NCBI GenBank assembly: GCA_965222605.1
Contig: OZ244960.1
Location: forward strand, 1,056,001-1,120,000
Source: Candidatus Latescibacterota bacterium
GTDB taxonomy: Bacteria; Latescibacterota; UBA2968
Length of the DNA stretch: 64,000 nt
Direction of reading: 5' to 3'
In this document: one piece after another, positions 47,746 through 58,337 of the stretch
How positions within the stretch are numbered: position 1 is the first letter of the stretch
How the letters are laid out: each line of letters begins with the position of its first letter
Made by a program: the position numbers and the translations under genes
Notes under the pieces: generated by a model
Told to the model about the DNA's origin: nothing
Database searches by the model: none
Seen by the model: the letters and a program-made list of their open reading frames with translations, nothing else

Positions 47746-48633
47746 ATGAAGCGAATTTTATTTTTATTTGGCTTTTTGAACCTTATGACTTTAGCTATTT
47801 GTGCAGAGGATCATCAACTGGCGTTGCACCGGGCACTTCCTATTGATGGGCCAGAAAATAATCAACCCTCGGGTCTAACATTATTTCAAGACACATTGTT
47901 TGCGGTATCAGATCATCACGATGGGGTGATTTACCGGATTGATATAAAAGAAGATCACGCGGTTTTTGTCCCTTATCTGACATTTGATAATCCCGATACA
48001 ACAATAACAGTAAGAATTGACCAGGAGGGCATAACTTGTGATCAGAATGGCGATTTTTATCTGGTCAGCGAGCGAGGGTTTAGACTGTTGAAAGTTTCTC
48101 GAAGTGACGGAATCGCCAGGTGGGTGGGTCCGGATATGAAGGTGCCGGGTGAAGCTGTGGGTTTATTTGCCACACGTGGCGCGGGTATTGAAGGGATCAT
48201 ATCCATTGCATCTGGACGGTTCCTCGTGACAGCCGAGCGCCAGCCCAGAGGATTGATAGAAATCGATTTGGAGAAGGGTACTGCTCAGGCGTTTAATTAC
48301 AATGCCTCGCGTCTGACTTATCCCGAAGGACGTGCAACCGATTTTACGGGTTTGTGGCGCGAAGGCGATGTGATATTCGCGCTTCAACGCGGCGCTGAGG
48401 CCATTACTCAAGTGCGGTATGGTGGCGATGCGTTAGAAGAAATTGACGCATGGTCGTTTGACAAAACAGTGAACCGCGATGATTTGCGTTACAAGAGTGT
48501 AAAATATGGCAAGGCTGAAGGTTTGGCTATGGATGCGTCAAAGGTATATGTGATTTTAGATACCAATGGAGAATCGCGTTTGAACGATGCTGAGGATAAG
48601 CGGTCGATGTTGCTGATATTCAAAAGGCCCTGA
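47746..48633 (+). CDS. Secreted beta-propeller protein (SdiA-regulated / phytase-like esterase family)
   Basis: Signal peptide; PSGL, AVSD, EGIT, GIEG and AEGLA repeats. Confidence 0.7.
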   Translation: MKRILFLFGFLNLMTLAICAEDHQLALHRALPIDGPENNQPSGLTLFQDTLFAVSDHHDGVIYRIDIKEDHAVFVPYLTFDNPDTTITVRIDQEGITCDQNGDFYLVSERGFRLLKVSRSDGIARWVGPDMKVPGEAVGLFATRGAGIEGIISIASGRFLVTAERQPRGLIEIDLEKGTAQAFNYNASRLTYPEGRATDFTGLWREGDVIFALQRGAEAITQVRYGGDALEEIDAWSFDKTVNRDDLRYKSVKYGKAEGLAMDASKVYVILDTNGESRLNDAEDKRSMLLIFKRP

Positions 48634-48681
48634 AAGCTGGTTGATGTGGGATGCTGAAATGCAGGGGATAATCATTCGCTG

Positions 48682-50091
48682 TCATCTCCCTTCACTCGCC
48701 GCCGTAATAAATCGCCTCTCCCTTTGACTTTTGAGCACCTGTTGTTCAATCTCTTCTGGATCACCCCAAATTTCCAATAGCCGCTCGCGCATGGCGTCGC
48801 GTATTTCGCGGTGTTGTACCGACTCTGACAGGTCGTTAAACTCATTCGGATCTTCTGCAATATTGAACAACTCGAGCGCGTCTCCCGGGCTCATATTGAG
48901 CTTGTAATCCCCCTTTTTGAGCATACCCACGGGCCGAATAACGCCGTGCGCGAGGTATTCACAGAAGGCTTCATCCTTCCATGTTTCGGTCTCGCCATTG
49001 ATCAGCGGCAAGAGGCTATCGCCGTCAAGAGGCACAATATCCATCGAAGCACCAGTGGCATCAATGATAGTAGCGACGAGATCCACGAGTGAAACATTTT
49101 GTGCGACGCGCAATCCACCTGGAACATGCCCGGGCCAAACAATCTGAAGAGGCACGCGGGAGGACGCTTCATACATATTTGATTTGCGCCACATACCGTG
49201 TTCGCCATTCATTTCCCCGTGATCTGAGGTATGCACGATAATCGTATTCTCAAGCTGGCCGGTTTCTTCGAGCGCATCGATAAACCGGCCTATTTTTTCA
49301 TCCAAATAGGTGATAAGCCCGTAATAACCCGCGCGGCCCCTCCGCACGAGTTCTTCGGGAAAGTCGGCCATGCCAAACATCAGGCGCAGGCGTTTGTAAA
49401 CCGGGTGCATATTTTCCAGATGGCCTTCGGGGATATCGGGCATATCAATTTGATCGCGCGGATACATATCCCAAAACCGCCGCGGAACCACAAGCGGAAA
49501 ATGAGGCGCGATAAACCCCACATTGATACACCAGGGCTGTTCTTTGCGAGCGGGATCTCTGATATACGCGAGGGCGGCTTCTTCAACCTGATCATCAACC
49601 TGTATCTCAGTCGTTGTACCCGGCCCTGCTTCTGCAATACCGCCCCAGGGCTTTTTCGCTACAACAACCCCCGCATCCCAATTCGCCTCGCCGCGCGGAA
49701 CACCGTCTTTTGTCCACAATTCCGCATGCAAATCGCACGCGAGTTGTGTGCGAAAACCGTGCAATTGATCAAGACCACAAAAGTGCTGCTTACCCGATAT
49801 CACAACATCGTAACCGACATTTCGCAAGCGATGTGCCCATGTAACCGTATCCGACGACATGGGAAAACCATTATCATAAGTACCGATGCGATTGATATAA
49901 CGCCCCGCCATAAATGACATCCGCGACGGACCGCAAATCGGCGAATTGCAATAAGCATTGTCAAACGTGACCCCCATCTCAGATAGGCGATCCATATTGG
50001 GCGATTGCACCAGTGAATGCCCGTAAACACTGCTATATTGGGGGGCATGCTCGTCAGACATAATAATCAGAATATTGGGCTTATCAGACAT
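48682..50091 (-). CDS. Sulfatase, choline-sulfatase-like
   Basis: IMSDEH, CGPSRMS, GKQHF, SDHGEM.GEHG.W.K and E.S.RVPL motifs. Confidence 0.93.
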   Translation of the reverse strand: MSDKPNILIIMSDEHAPQYSSVYGHSLVQSPNMDRLSEMGVTFDNAYCNSPICGPSRMSFMAGRYINRIGTYDNGFPMSSDTVTWAHRLRNVGYDVVISGKQHFCGLDQLHGFRTQLACDLHAELWTKDGVPRGEANWDAGVVVAKKPWGGIAEAGPGTTTEIQVDDQVEEAALAYIRDPARKEQPWCINVGFIAPHFPLVVPRRFWDMYPRDQIDMPDIPEGHLENMHPVYKRLRLMFGMADFPEELVRRGRAGYYGLITYLDEKIGRFIDALEETGQLENTIIVHTSDHGEMNGEHGMWRKSNMYEASSRVPLQIVWPGHVPGGLRVAQNVSLVDLVATIIDATGASMDIVPLDGDSLLPLINGETETWKDEAFCEYLAHGVIRPVGMLKKGDYKLNMSPGDALELFNIAEDPNEFNDLSESVQHREIRDAMRERLLEIWGDPEEIEQQVLKSQRERRFITAASEGR

Positions 50092-50106
50092 AGATACTCC
50101 TGTTCT

Positions 50107-51144
50107 TCACGCCGAAATCACATCCGTGGGTTCACCGGCTTGATCGGCGAGCGCGGTGTCAAATATATTTTCAAGCGTACACTGCGGCTCGTATCCTATC
50201 AGTGTGCGCGCCTTGCTATTGTCAGACCAATAGATCCACTGCATGGGAACCTCGACCGCAAAAAGGGGAACACCCGTTATCTCCGCGAGATAATCTGCAA
50301 CCTCGGGAAAAGCGAGCGGGCGGTAAATCGGCGCATTAAACGCTTCGCCAACAGCCGCGGGATGATCGATCGCGCAAATACATGCCCGCGCAGTATCGCG
50401 TGCATCAGAAGGCGACCACATCCACGGACGCCCCTCGCGATCGGTAACAGCACAGGGTTGATCGGGACGCTCGGCGCGGTCGAGCATATCCTGCGCAATA
50501 GCCACGCCATCGGGATGGTAAAGGCCACTTTCCGGTTTATTCGCGGCTTCGCGGATCCGTCCGGCAACAAACTGAACATTCCAACGCCCGAGCACTTCTT
50601 TACCCGCAAACATGCCAGAAGGGCGAATAATGGACAATTGAAGATCGTGTCCATTCATGTACCCTTCGGCCATCGCTTCGTTGATATATTTCAGCGTGCC
50701 ATAAAGTCCACTCGGACGTTTGGGATGGATTTCATTCACCGGCTGATAACAGGGTGGAATATGCTGATTGCCCATAGGATAAACCGCGTCGGTGCTAACA
50801 TGGACAAACCGGTGGAGGCGATCTGCCAATGGTGCAGCCGCTTCAAAAAGATTGTACGTACCCGTAACATTGATCTCGTAAAACGTCTGATTGTCCATAC
50901 CGCGCGGTGGGCCCAAAATATTTGCCGTGTGAACAACCGCATCTACACCATCCACAATATTGCGACACAGCGCCGCATCTCTGAGATCCCCTTCAATCTT
51001 TTCAATATCAAAGGAATCGAGCTTAGATTTCTTGGGATCGTCGGGCAGAATCAGCGCGCGAACATCATCTCCTCGCTCAACCAACTGCTTGACGACATTC
51101 GCGCCCAAACGCCCCGTTGCACCCGTAACGAGAATTTTGCTCAT
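50107..51144 (-). CDS. NAD-dependent epimerase/dehydratase (extended SDR)
   Basis: ILVTGATGRLG and YGTLK (YxxxK) motifs. Confidence 0.9.
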   Translation of the reverse strand: MSKILVTGATGRLGANVVKQLVERGDDVRALILPDDPKKSKLDSFDIEKIEGDLRDAALCRNIVDGVDAVVHTANILGPPRGMDNQTFYEINVTGTYNLFEAAAPLADRLHRFVHVSTDAVYPMGNQHIPPCYQPVNEIHPKRPSGLYGTLKYINEAMAEGYMNGHDLQLSIIRPSGMFAGKEVLGRWNVQFVAGRIREAANKPESGLYHPDGVAIAQDMLDRAERPDQPCAVTDREGRPWMWSPSDARDTARACICAIDHPAAVGEAFNAPIYRPLAFPEVADYLAEITGVPLFAVEVPMQWIYWSDNSKARTLIGYEPQCTLENIFDTALADQAGEPTDVISA

Positions 51145-51155
51145 AGTTGCCTCTT

Positions 51156-51458
51156 CTATACCCTGGACAAGCGATGTACAACTTCAAATCGCTCCGATTC
51201 AGTCGGCTGCGACCAGAGATCACTTGCGCCGCTCATAACAGCTTCCCGCTCGGGGCTGGCGCGCCAGCCCTCGTAGATTTCTTCATTCTCCCAAATGACG
51301 AGCGTCGTAATCTTCGTCTCGTCGGCAAGGGAGTGAAGCGTCTGACGGCTAACAAATCCGGGTGCCTGACTCTGGGCAATACCGTTGCGATTCAAAAGAT
51401 CGCAAGCCTCATCAACACAATCATCTTTGGCCCAGTGGTGCGTAAGTACGCCGATCAT
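51156..51458 (-). CDS. Antibiotic biosynthesis monooxygenase (ABM) family protein
   Basis: APGFVSR and W.NEE.Y..WR.SP pattern; 100 aa. Confidence 0.8.
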   Translation of the reverse strand: MIGVLTHHWAKDDCVDEACDLLNRNGIAQSQAPGFVSRQTLHSLADETKITTLVIWENEEIYEGWRASPEREAVMSGASDLWSQPTESERFEVVHRLSRV

Positions 51459-51503
51459 TTAAAACCTCCATTCGATATCTTCTTTTTCCTTCACACTTCC
51501 CCT

Positions 51504-52361
51504 TCATACTTCACACTTCTCCCCCGACGCCTGCGATTTCTCGAGCGCCTCGAGCACGGCAACGGGCGTAAGCATTGAGCTATCGGTTTCATCTGTCTCA
51601 CCCGTACTGAACATGTGGCAAAAATCGAGAACACCCGTAAGATAAGTATTCTCATCGTACCCAATCACGCGATCAGTACGTCCCTTTTCCCCAATCACAG
51701 AAACGTGGAAACCCACACGGCCTTCGCCAACGAGATTCATCGTTGAAATCGCACCACTTGCAGAATAAAGCGTCGCCGTGTGATTTTGCTTCCCGCGATT
51801 GAGCTGTACATGCGTAATATCCTGATCGAGCAGGCGCACGACCATATCGACCTGATGAATCCCGTAAAAAAAGACACCGCCATATTCAGAATCAATATCG
51901 CAGGGGCCCGTCGAAACAACCGAAATAATGCGCCCGAGTTCTCGAACATCTTTTTGCAATTGCGCGAAAGACGCCTGCTTGGGCAAAACCGAAAAAGAAC
52001 ACACAGGCACGTCGAGTTCACGCGCTCGGGACAAAAACTCTTTGCCTTCGTCGAGACGGTAGCAAAACGGCTTATCGACAAACAGTGGGATCCCGGCCTC
52101 CAGCAATGGACGCACAGCAGGCAGGTGATATTTGGGGTGGCGATGATCCACAATAGCTGCATCGACCTGTCCGACCAGATCTTCTGGATCTTGCACAATA
52201 TTGGGAATCTGCCCCCGCTCCTGTGCATCTTTTGCATCGCCCGGCGTTTCTCCCCAAACATGGGTAACACTAAAACCGGACACGAGTTTATCAATATTAA
52301 TAGTTTTTGCAATCGCCACAGTATGGCTATTTTCCGCCCCAATAATACCAATAGTGGGCAT
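51504..52361 (-). CDS. Gfo/Idh/MocA family oxidoreductase
   Basis: IGIIG, FVDKP and YGIH.VD motifs. Confidence 0.85.
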   Translation of the reverse strand: MPTIGIIGAENSHTVAIAKTINIDKLVSGFSVTHVWGETPGDAKDAQERGQIPNIVQDPEDLVGQVDAAIVDHRHPKYHLPAVRPLLEAGIPLFVDKPFCYRLDEGKEFLSRARELDVPVCSFSVLPKQASFAQLQKDVRELGRIISVVSTGPCDIDSEYGGVFFYGIHQVDMVVRLLDQDITHVQLNRGKQNHTATLYSASGAISTMNLVGEGRVGFHVSVIGEKGRTDRVIGYDENTYLTGVLDFCHMFSTGETDETDSSMLTPVAVLEALEKSQASGEKCEV

Positions 52362-52402
52362 AGTATTGCTCCTTTCAGTTATAAGCTTTCAGCGGTCAGC
52401 CC

Positions 52403-53644
52403 TCAACTCCACAGCCTGTCATTCACCTGTTCCTCATTCCACGCATCTGTCGGTTCAAAATAGCCGGGCAAATTGGGATTAATGTGTTCTTTAATCGCCT
52501 CTTCATTCAAATCAACGCCGAGTCCGGGCGCGTCGGGCACCTGAATATAACCATTTTGAATAATGGGATTGGGCAAGCCCGTAACGAGCGTATTCCACGG
52601 CGGATAATCAACGGCGTGACATTCCAGAACCAGAAAATTATTTGTCGCAGCGGCGCAATGCACGCTCGCCATCGTCGCAACTGGCGTCGCCGCCATGTGC
52701 AGCGCCATCGCAATACCGTGTTCTTCCGCGTAATCGCCAATCCGTTTGGTCTCGAGAATACCCCCCGATGTGGCGAGATCCGGGTGAATAACGGAAACAG
52801 CTTTGTTATCGATCAGCGGCTTGAAATGTTCCAAAAGATAAATATCTTCACCCGTACAAACCGGGGTCGCCGTTGCGTTTTTGAGGCGCACCCATTGATC
52901 GGTAAGTTGCCAGGGAATCATATCTTCCAGCCATGCGAGATTGAACCGCTCGAGTGCGCGCGCAAGGCGAATACACGACTCCACATTGATATGTCCAAAG
53001 TGATCCGCAGACAGGGGAATCTCATACCCCACAATATCGCGCACGACTTCCACATATCGAACGAGAATATCGATACCCTTATCGGTGAACTGAATACCCG
53101 TAAAAGGATGCATAACCTGCGTGGTTTTCAGCATACCCGCAGGAGAGGACACCGTGCCCGGAATATCCTTGAGCAAACGCACACCAATATCCATCTTGAG
53201 AAAAGTAAAACCACTCTCCATGCACGCTTTCAAGCGATTGCCCATTTCTTCGGGATCCGGCGTTGTGGGGGTGTCGCAATAGATGCGGATCTGATCGCGG
53301 AATTTCCCGCCTGCAAGCTGATAACAGGGCACGCCATAAGCTTTGCCCGCCAGATCCATCAACGCCATCTCCACGCCGCACACGCCGCCACCCTGCCGCG
53401 CATGCCATCCGAACTGTTTGATCTTGCGAAATAATTTATCCACATTGCAGGGATTTTCACCCAAAAGCTGGCGTTTCAGTTGCAAAGCGTAAATATGGCT
53501 GGCCCCATCGCGCACCTCTCCCAAACCGTAGATACCCTGATTGGTATCCAGGCGAATGAGCGTAGAGCGCATAGGCACACCGGAAATATTGACAACGCGC
53601 ATATCGGTAATTCTGAGATCTGATGGGGACGAGTGGGTATTCAT
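52403..53644 (-). CDS. Mandelate racemase/muconate lactonizing enzyme family dehydratase
   Basis: GLGE, DLAGKA.GVP.YQL.GG, KMD, DH, WLED, TGE and PGLG motifs; AGGAG RBS before ATG 53644. Confidence 0.9.
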   Translation of the reverse strand: MNTHSSPSDLRITDMRVVNISGVPMRSTLIRLDTNQGIYGLGEVRDGASHIYALQLKRQLLGENPCNVDKLFRKIKQFGWHARQGGGVCGVEMALMDLAGKAYGVPCYQLAGGKFRDQIRIYCDTPTTPDPEEMGNRLKACMESGFTFLKMDIGVRLLKDIPGTVSSPAGMLKTTQVMHPFTGIQFTDKGIDILVRYVEVVRDIVGYEIPLSADHFGHINVESCIRLARALERFNLAWLEDMIPWQLTDQWVRLKNATATPVCTGEDIYLLEHFKPLIDNKAVSVIHPDLATSGGILETKRIGDYAEEHGIAMALHMAATPVATMASVHCAAATNNFLVLECHAVDYPPWNTLVTGLPNPIIQNGYIQVPDAPGLGVDLNEEAIKEHINPNLPGYFEPTDAWNEEQVNDRLWS

Positions 53645-53669
53645 AAAAATCTCCTGTACCTTCTTAATA

Positions 53670-54875
53670 TCACGGTCGCATGGGCGACCCATCCGGCGCC
53701 CGCGTTTGCGTCCACTGAATAATCTCATCTTCGGGCGGATATTTTGCAGCGAGATCTTCGTCAATATCAATGCCCAGACCGGGATTATCATTGGGATACA
53801 TATAGCCTTCGCGCACCTCGGGCAAACCGGGAAATATATCATAGACGAGATCATTGAAACGGCACCACTCCTGAATACCGAAATTGGGCGCCCACAGGTC
53901 GAGGTGCAAATTGGCCGCGTGACCAACAGGTGATGTATCGCCGGGACCATGCCACGCGGTTCGCACATTGTACATATTGGCAAATGCTGCGACATTGCGC
54001 GCAGGAGTAATACCACCCATTTGGCTGACATGCATGCGAATAAAATCAATGAGTCGATCTTGAATGAGGGGCATCCACTCGTGCGGATGATTAAAAAGTT
54101 CGCCCATCGCCAGAGGCGTGGCGCACTGCGCGCGCATGTGGTGAAAATACGCATTGTCTTCCGGCGCGAGTGCGTCTTCCAAAAAGAAAAGTTTGCAAGG
54201 CTCCACATCTTTGGCAAACTGGATGGCGTCAATCGGGCGCAAACGCTCGTGAATATCGTGCAAAAGCTCGACTTCAGGCCCGATTTCAGCGCGCACATAT
54301 TCGATCATATCGCACATGCGACGGCAATATTCTCGCGGGTGATAATAAGCACCATCGGGCGCACCATCGGGTTTTTGAATCGCATCTGATTGCCCTCCAT
54401 ACCCGCCCATCTGCACGCGAATGTGACGATATCCCTGTGCCATGTAGTGACGCACGCTATCCACTACTTCATGCTTATCGCGCCCATTGGCGTGTGCATA
54501 CGTATCTGCTGCCTCTCGACACTTCCCACCCAAAAGTTGATACACGGGCATGCCCGCGCGTTTGCCCTTAATATCCCACAACGCCTGATCTATCCCCGAT
54601 ATGGCATTATTGAGCACAGGGCCATTGCGCCAGTACCCATTGACCATGCTCATTTGCCAGATTTCCTCAATGCGATCCACATCGCGTCCTATAACAAAGG
54701 GCTTGAGATGTTTCTCAATAGCCGTATGCACCGCGTGAAATCTCTGCGTAAATGTCGCACACCCCAACCCGTAAAGTCCGGGCTCTGACGTAATGATTTT
54801 GACAATAACAAGCCGTGAGCCCGCAGGCTGTGTCACAATGGTCTTGATGTCTTTGATTGTTACATTTTTTGACAT
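53670..54875 (-). CDS. RspA/ManD-like sugar-acid dehydratase (enolase superfamily)
   Basis: GLGCATF, YWRNGPV, HDIHER, FFLED, MGE and AWHGPGD motifs. Confidence 0.9.
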   Translation of the reverse strand: MSKNVTIKDIKTIVTQPAGSRLVIVKIITSEPGLYGLGCATFTQRFHAVHTAIEKHLKPFVIGRDVDRIEEIWQMSMVNGYWRNGPVLNNAISGIDQALWDIKGKRAGMPVYQLLGGKCREAADTYAHANGRDKHEVVDSVRHYMAQGYRHIRVQMGGYGGQSDAIQKPDGAPDGAYYHPREYCRRMCDMIEYVRAEIGPEVELLHDIHERLRPIDAIQFAKDVEPCKLFFLEDALAPEDNAYFHHMRAQCATPLAMGELFNHPHEWMPLIQDRLIDFIRMHVSQMGGITPARNVAAFANMYNVRTAWHGPGDTSPVGHAANLHLDLWAPNFGIQEWCRFNDLVYDIFPGLPEVREGYMYPNDNPGLGIDIDEDLAAKYPPEDEIIQWTQTRAPDGSPMRP

Positions 54876-54932
54876 ATCTACTCCGCTTAGAGAACTCTGT
54901 CTTAGAATAGGTTAAAAAAGAAAAGGCTTGAT

Positions 54933-55172
54933 TTAAACCAAAGCCTTTTGTGTATTTGAGAAACCCCCAACCTCAACAGATACGGCATCAAACCGCTCAT
55001 CGCCGGGGCGATAAGATAGCAATTCTATGCCAATGGGCTGCCCGCTCGTTTCATCTTTAATGATAATAATGCCATCGCCAATTTCCGTACACAGTTGATT
55101 TTTGCGAGGTGACTGCCAGTAGATTGTCAGCAACTCGGCCTCAGCCTCATAGAATACCTTGACCTGGGCCAT
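54933..55172 (-). CDS. DUF2283-like putative antitoxin
   Basis: V.Y..E...LTIYW and GII..KD...G.PIGIE pattern. Confidence 0.75.
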   Translation of the reverse strand: MAQVKVFYEAEAELLTIYWQSPRKNQLCTEIGDGIIIIKDETSGQPIGIELLSYRPGDERFDAVSVEVGGFSNTQKALV

Positions 55173-55470
55173 ATACGCGCCTCCCTTCTTTGATTGCATC
55201 CGTTCTGTAAGCCGTAATGATAAAACCTTCCCCATTTAGACGACGTACAACAACGACCATCCAATACTTTTCTTTTTTACCATAAAATAACAGAATGTTT
55301 TCATCTCTACTACTTTCGCGCACTTCAATAGGATCTCTCAACGTATTTTTTATTTTGTCAATCCTATCCTCAATATCGGGATGTTTTGAGACAATTTTTT
55401 GCCAATATCCACGATTTGTACGAACTGTAAATCCCAGTGGTGTTAAAATAGTAAAAAGAAGGTCATTCAT
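55147..55470 (-). CDS. RelE-like / DUF4258-like putative toxin
   Basis: W..I..KHP, TL.DP..V..S.RD and G.GFIITAY.TD.IK.G motifs; AT-rich. Confidence 0.75.
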   Translation of the reverse strand: MNDLLFTILTPLGFTVRTNRGYWQKIVSKHPDIEDRIDKIKNTLRDPIEVRESSRDENILLFYGKKEKYWMVVVVRRLNGEGFIITAYRTDAIKEGRRVYGPGQGIL

Positions 55471-55566
55471 AAATATAACGGGTTAGAGGAACGGTGTCAG
55501 CCCATAATGATGTTATAGCAACCGCTCTTTTTTTTACGATGAGAATGCAGTATTTGATAGCCATTC

Positions 55567-56607
55567 CTATAGACCCTTGGGCAACGCGAGGTCAAAGCGC
55601 CTTGCGGCTTCGCGGAGTTTTTCCGCCGTGCCCACCGGAATGGGAATACCATCGGCAGAGCGTTGGGCAAGGGTGCGATTTTCGGGTTCGCCGGGCATGA
55701 GAATATCGTCAAAGCCATCTGCTCTGGGCAGTACTTTGAGTTCATCAATCAGATTATCGACGTGGTCTTTATAATCGTCCAGATCAATAAAAAAGGAAAT
55801 ATCAATCGCCGCGACAATGCCGTTTTGCTTTCTCGAATTTTCGCCCCCGCGCAATACGGGAACAAGCAGAGGATTATCGGCCATCAAACTGGACAAACAC
55901 TGAAAAATCAGCGCCAGGCCCGATCCCTTGGGACCACCAGCCGGGCGCAGGATAACGCCCTTACGCGCATCCGTCGTCGGATTGCCCGCAGCATCGAGTG
56001 CCCAGTCTTCGCCCAGCGGCACGCCCTTGTCCTGCGCGAGTTGAAGTTTGCCACCCGCTGCCACACTGGTCGCCATATCGAGGCTGATAGGATCGCGTTT
56101 ATTTCCCGGAACCGCAACAGCTATCGGGCTATTGTGTACGCCCGCTGCCTTCGCGCCAAAAGGTGCCATATTCGGCGGGCTACAAACAATGGCAATACCC
56201 GCAAAACCCTCCTGTGCCGCCATCAAAGAATAATAAGCCATCGCGCCCTGATGCGTGACATCGCTGAGCAACACCCATCCAATACCCACATTTTTGGCCT
56301 TCTCAATGGCCTTTTTCATCGCGGGAACAGTCGCCACAGGCCCAAGAGCGCGGTCACACGCAATATGAGCAACCGCTGGCGATTCTTTGACAACGCGAAT
56401 ATCGGGCTGGGGATTCATCGCGCCCGTTTTGATATTGTCGAGATACGTAATGACGCGCAAAACCCCGTGTGAATCAACCCCGCGCAGATTCGCCCAAATG
56501 AGCACTTCTGCTTCTATAGCGGCATCTTCGGGTGGCAGGCCCGCGTTTTCAAAAACGGATTGGATAAACGGTTCGAGATGTTCTGCGCGAATGCGAATGT
56601 CCGACAT
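55567..56607 (-). CDS. Ldh_2 family (malate/L-lactate/ureidoglycolate/sulfolactate) dehydrogenase
   Basis: A.LRGVDSHG, DMATS..A.GK, GGPKGSGL and MPGE motifs. Confidence 0.92.
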   Translation of the reverse strand: MSDIRIRAEHLEPFIQSVFENAGLPPEDAAIEAEVLIWANLRGVDSHGVLRVITYLDNIKTGAMNPQPDIRVVKESPAVAHIACDRALGPVATVPAMKKAIEKAKNVGIGWVLLSDVTHQGAMAYYSLMAAQEGFAGIAIVCSPPNMAPFGAKAAGVHNSPIAVAVPGNKRDPISLDMATSVAAGGKLQLAQDKGVPLGEDWALDAAGNPTTDARKGVILRPAGGPKGSGLALIFQCLSSLMADNPLLVPVLRGGENSRKQNGIVAAIDISFFIDLDDYKDHVDNLIDELKVLPRADGFDDILMPGEPENRTLAQRSADGIPIPVGTAEKLREAARRFDLALPKGL

Positions 56608-56777
56608 GGCATTCCTTTCTGGTATAGGTTATCAGCCCCAACCTCCCAACACTGACTACTTAGAAACCTTGACTTTGAGATTTTTATGCGCTATGCTGTC
56701 TGACAAATTAGGTTCACCTTTATGAAGCGTCAAGATAATCTCAACAGTCAAAAAGAAAAACAACTTCTGGAGGGCTT

Positions 56778-58337
56778 ATGAAACAGTGTTTTGAACATTA
56801 TCGGACATTGCGAAAAGAGATGGATGCGTGGTTAGATCAAAGCAGGCTCATGGATCCGCCGAGCAAGCATGGTGGAGGCGAAGACGAAGCGAACTATTCG
56901 CTGGCGTGGTTCCCCCACTATCTCATCACCGGGAATGACGGGGTGCGGGAACACTTTGAACACCTGCGCGATATGCTGGCCGGATGGGTGGAACGGGACT
57001 GCCTGCACGGTTATGAACCCGAAGCCGAAGCCCATCACGGAACCGAACCTTTTCTGCTCTTTTTGCCGCGTTACCTGGGATTATTTCCCGAAGATGAAAA
57101 AGCAAATGTGCTACTACAAGACGCAGCCGAACACATCGGCAACTGGGTTGAAGGCATTCCCGAATGGTTTGACTGGGAGCGCAATCGGTTTTACGGATAT
57201 TATATTGGCACGCGCACAGTTGGGCGAGACGATGGCTTTGACACCGAAATTGCCGAACACTTCCGCTTTGTCCACATTGCCCTGGCCGCACACAGAATGA
57301 CGGGACAAGACCGATATCGGGACTGGGCTTTGCAATACGGCAAGCGTCGGGCAGAAATGATTGTCGCCATACCAGATGGTCGCTTGCCCATTGCCTGGGA
57401 TGCAAATGGACAACCGAGATTTGGCAAGCAGGCGACTGGAGAACAAAAAAAGGCGGCACAAGCCGGGCATCACGTCCCTGGCGATCCGCTCATCGGAGTC
57501 GAAGTCCTGCTGGCTTCCGGCGTCATATACGCTCTGGGCGATCTGTTCGAAGCATCGGGTGACGCTGTATTTCACCAGGCAGCGCGGCGAATTGCAGAAC
57601 CAATGGTCAACGAATTGCTGGACCCGTATTCAGACCCAGGCGCAGCGGCGATCTCCTATTTTCGGCGGCAGTTTGCCGATGCCTCTCTGGATGAGGCAAT
57701 TCGGGCGCAAATCGCGCGTTTTCCCAACATGCAAGAAGGCGAACTGGCCATGGTCTTCCCGCAGGCGCACCGCCGCGATTGGCCCGGCGTGGGCAAGCGC
57801 AACGACATGACCTATTGGGGAATATGGAATGGCGATGGCTCCGTAACGCCAACAACAGAGCCGAGCACTGCGGCACTAACGCTGGCCTATCAAGTGACAA
57901 GTGATGAAAGCTATGCCGAACGCGCATTAAAGCAAGCGGCAGATAAGCTGATGATGGCGCGTCGGGTGCTGCGCGGTGGTCGAGAACACGCCGATATGGG
58001 TGGCGCGGTCTGTTCGACAGCGGCCGGACACGGACGCAACTGGGGCATTGGACCCGTGACCGGATGTTACGGCCCATTGCTTTTGGGCACGCGAGAAGTA
58101 AAAAGCAAAGTGACGCCAACAGTCGAAGTGAAACACGCCAATGGCGAGCGCGGCATTCCCCATCAAATCCTTCCGCTTGTGATCCATTCGGGAACAGATG
58201 TGGATGGCGTGATGTTTTACAATGGCGGAGATTCAGATATCTCATTTTCGTGGCGTTTTGAGGACAATGGGTGGCAGGTTCTCACCGTGGAAGCCGACGC
58301 AGTTGCCAATTGTGGTGTGACAGGAGTAATGGCATGA
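56778..58337 (+). CDS. Hypothetical protein, possibly an alpha/alpha-barrel carbohydrate-active enzyme
   Basis: 519-aa helical, aromatic-rich ORF heading a sugar-acid operon; GGAGG RBS; ATGA overlap with the next gene. Confidence 0.7.
   Translation: MKQCFEHYRTLRKEMDAWLDQSRLMDPPSKHGGGEDEANYSLAWFPHYLITGNDGVREHFEHLRDMLAGWVERDCLHGYEPEAEAHHGTEPFLLFLPRYLGLFPEDEKANVLLQDAAEHIGNWVEGIPEWFDWERNRFYGYYIGTRTVGRDDGFDTEIAEHFRFVHIALAAHRMTGQDRYRDWALQYGKRRAEMIVAIPDGRLPIAWDANGQPRFGKQATGEQKKAAQAGHHVPGDPLIGVEVLLASGVIYALGDLFEASGDAVFHQAARRIAEPMVNELLDPYSDPGAAAISYFRRQFADASLDEAIRAQIARFPNMQEGELAMVFPQAHRRDWPGVGKRNDMTYWGIWNGDGSVTPTTEPSTAALTLAYQVTSDESYAERALKQAADKLMMARRVLRGGREHADMGGAVCSTAAGHGRNWGIGPVTGCYGPLLLGTREVKSKVTPTVEVKHANGERGIPHQILPLVIHSGTDVDGVMFYNGGDSDISFSWRFEDNGWQVLTVEADAVANCGVTGVMA

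Noticed and set aside
50017-51276. 419-aa plus-strand ORF and similar long antisense ORFs (e.g. 24946-25899, 52484-53434)
   Set aside because: These are shadow frames of well-supported genes on the opposite strand and carry no recognisable motifs
52376-52402. Degenerate heptamer repeat (TCAGTTA-TAAGCTT-TCAGCGG-TCAGC)
   Set aside because: Short, degenerate intergenic simple repeat with no evidence of function in this window
53645-54298. N-terminal extension of the 631-aa ORF
   Set aside because: It overlaps the RspA-like gene; the real start with an RBS is at 53644
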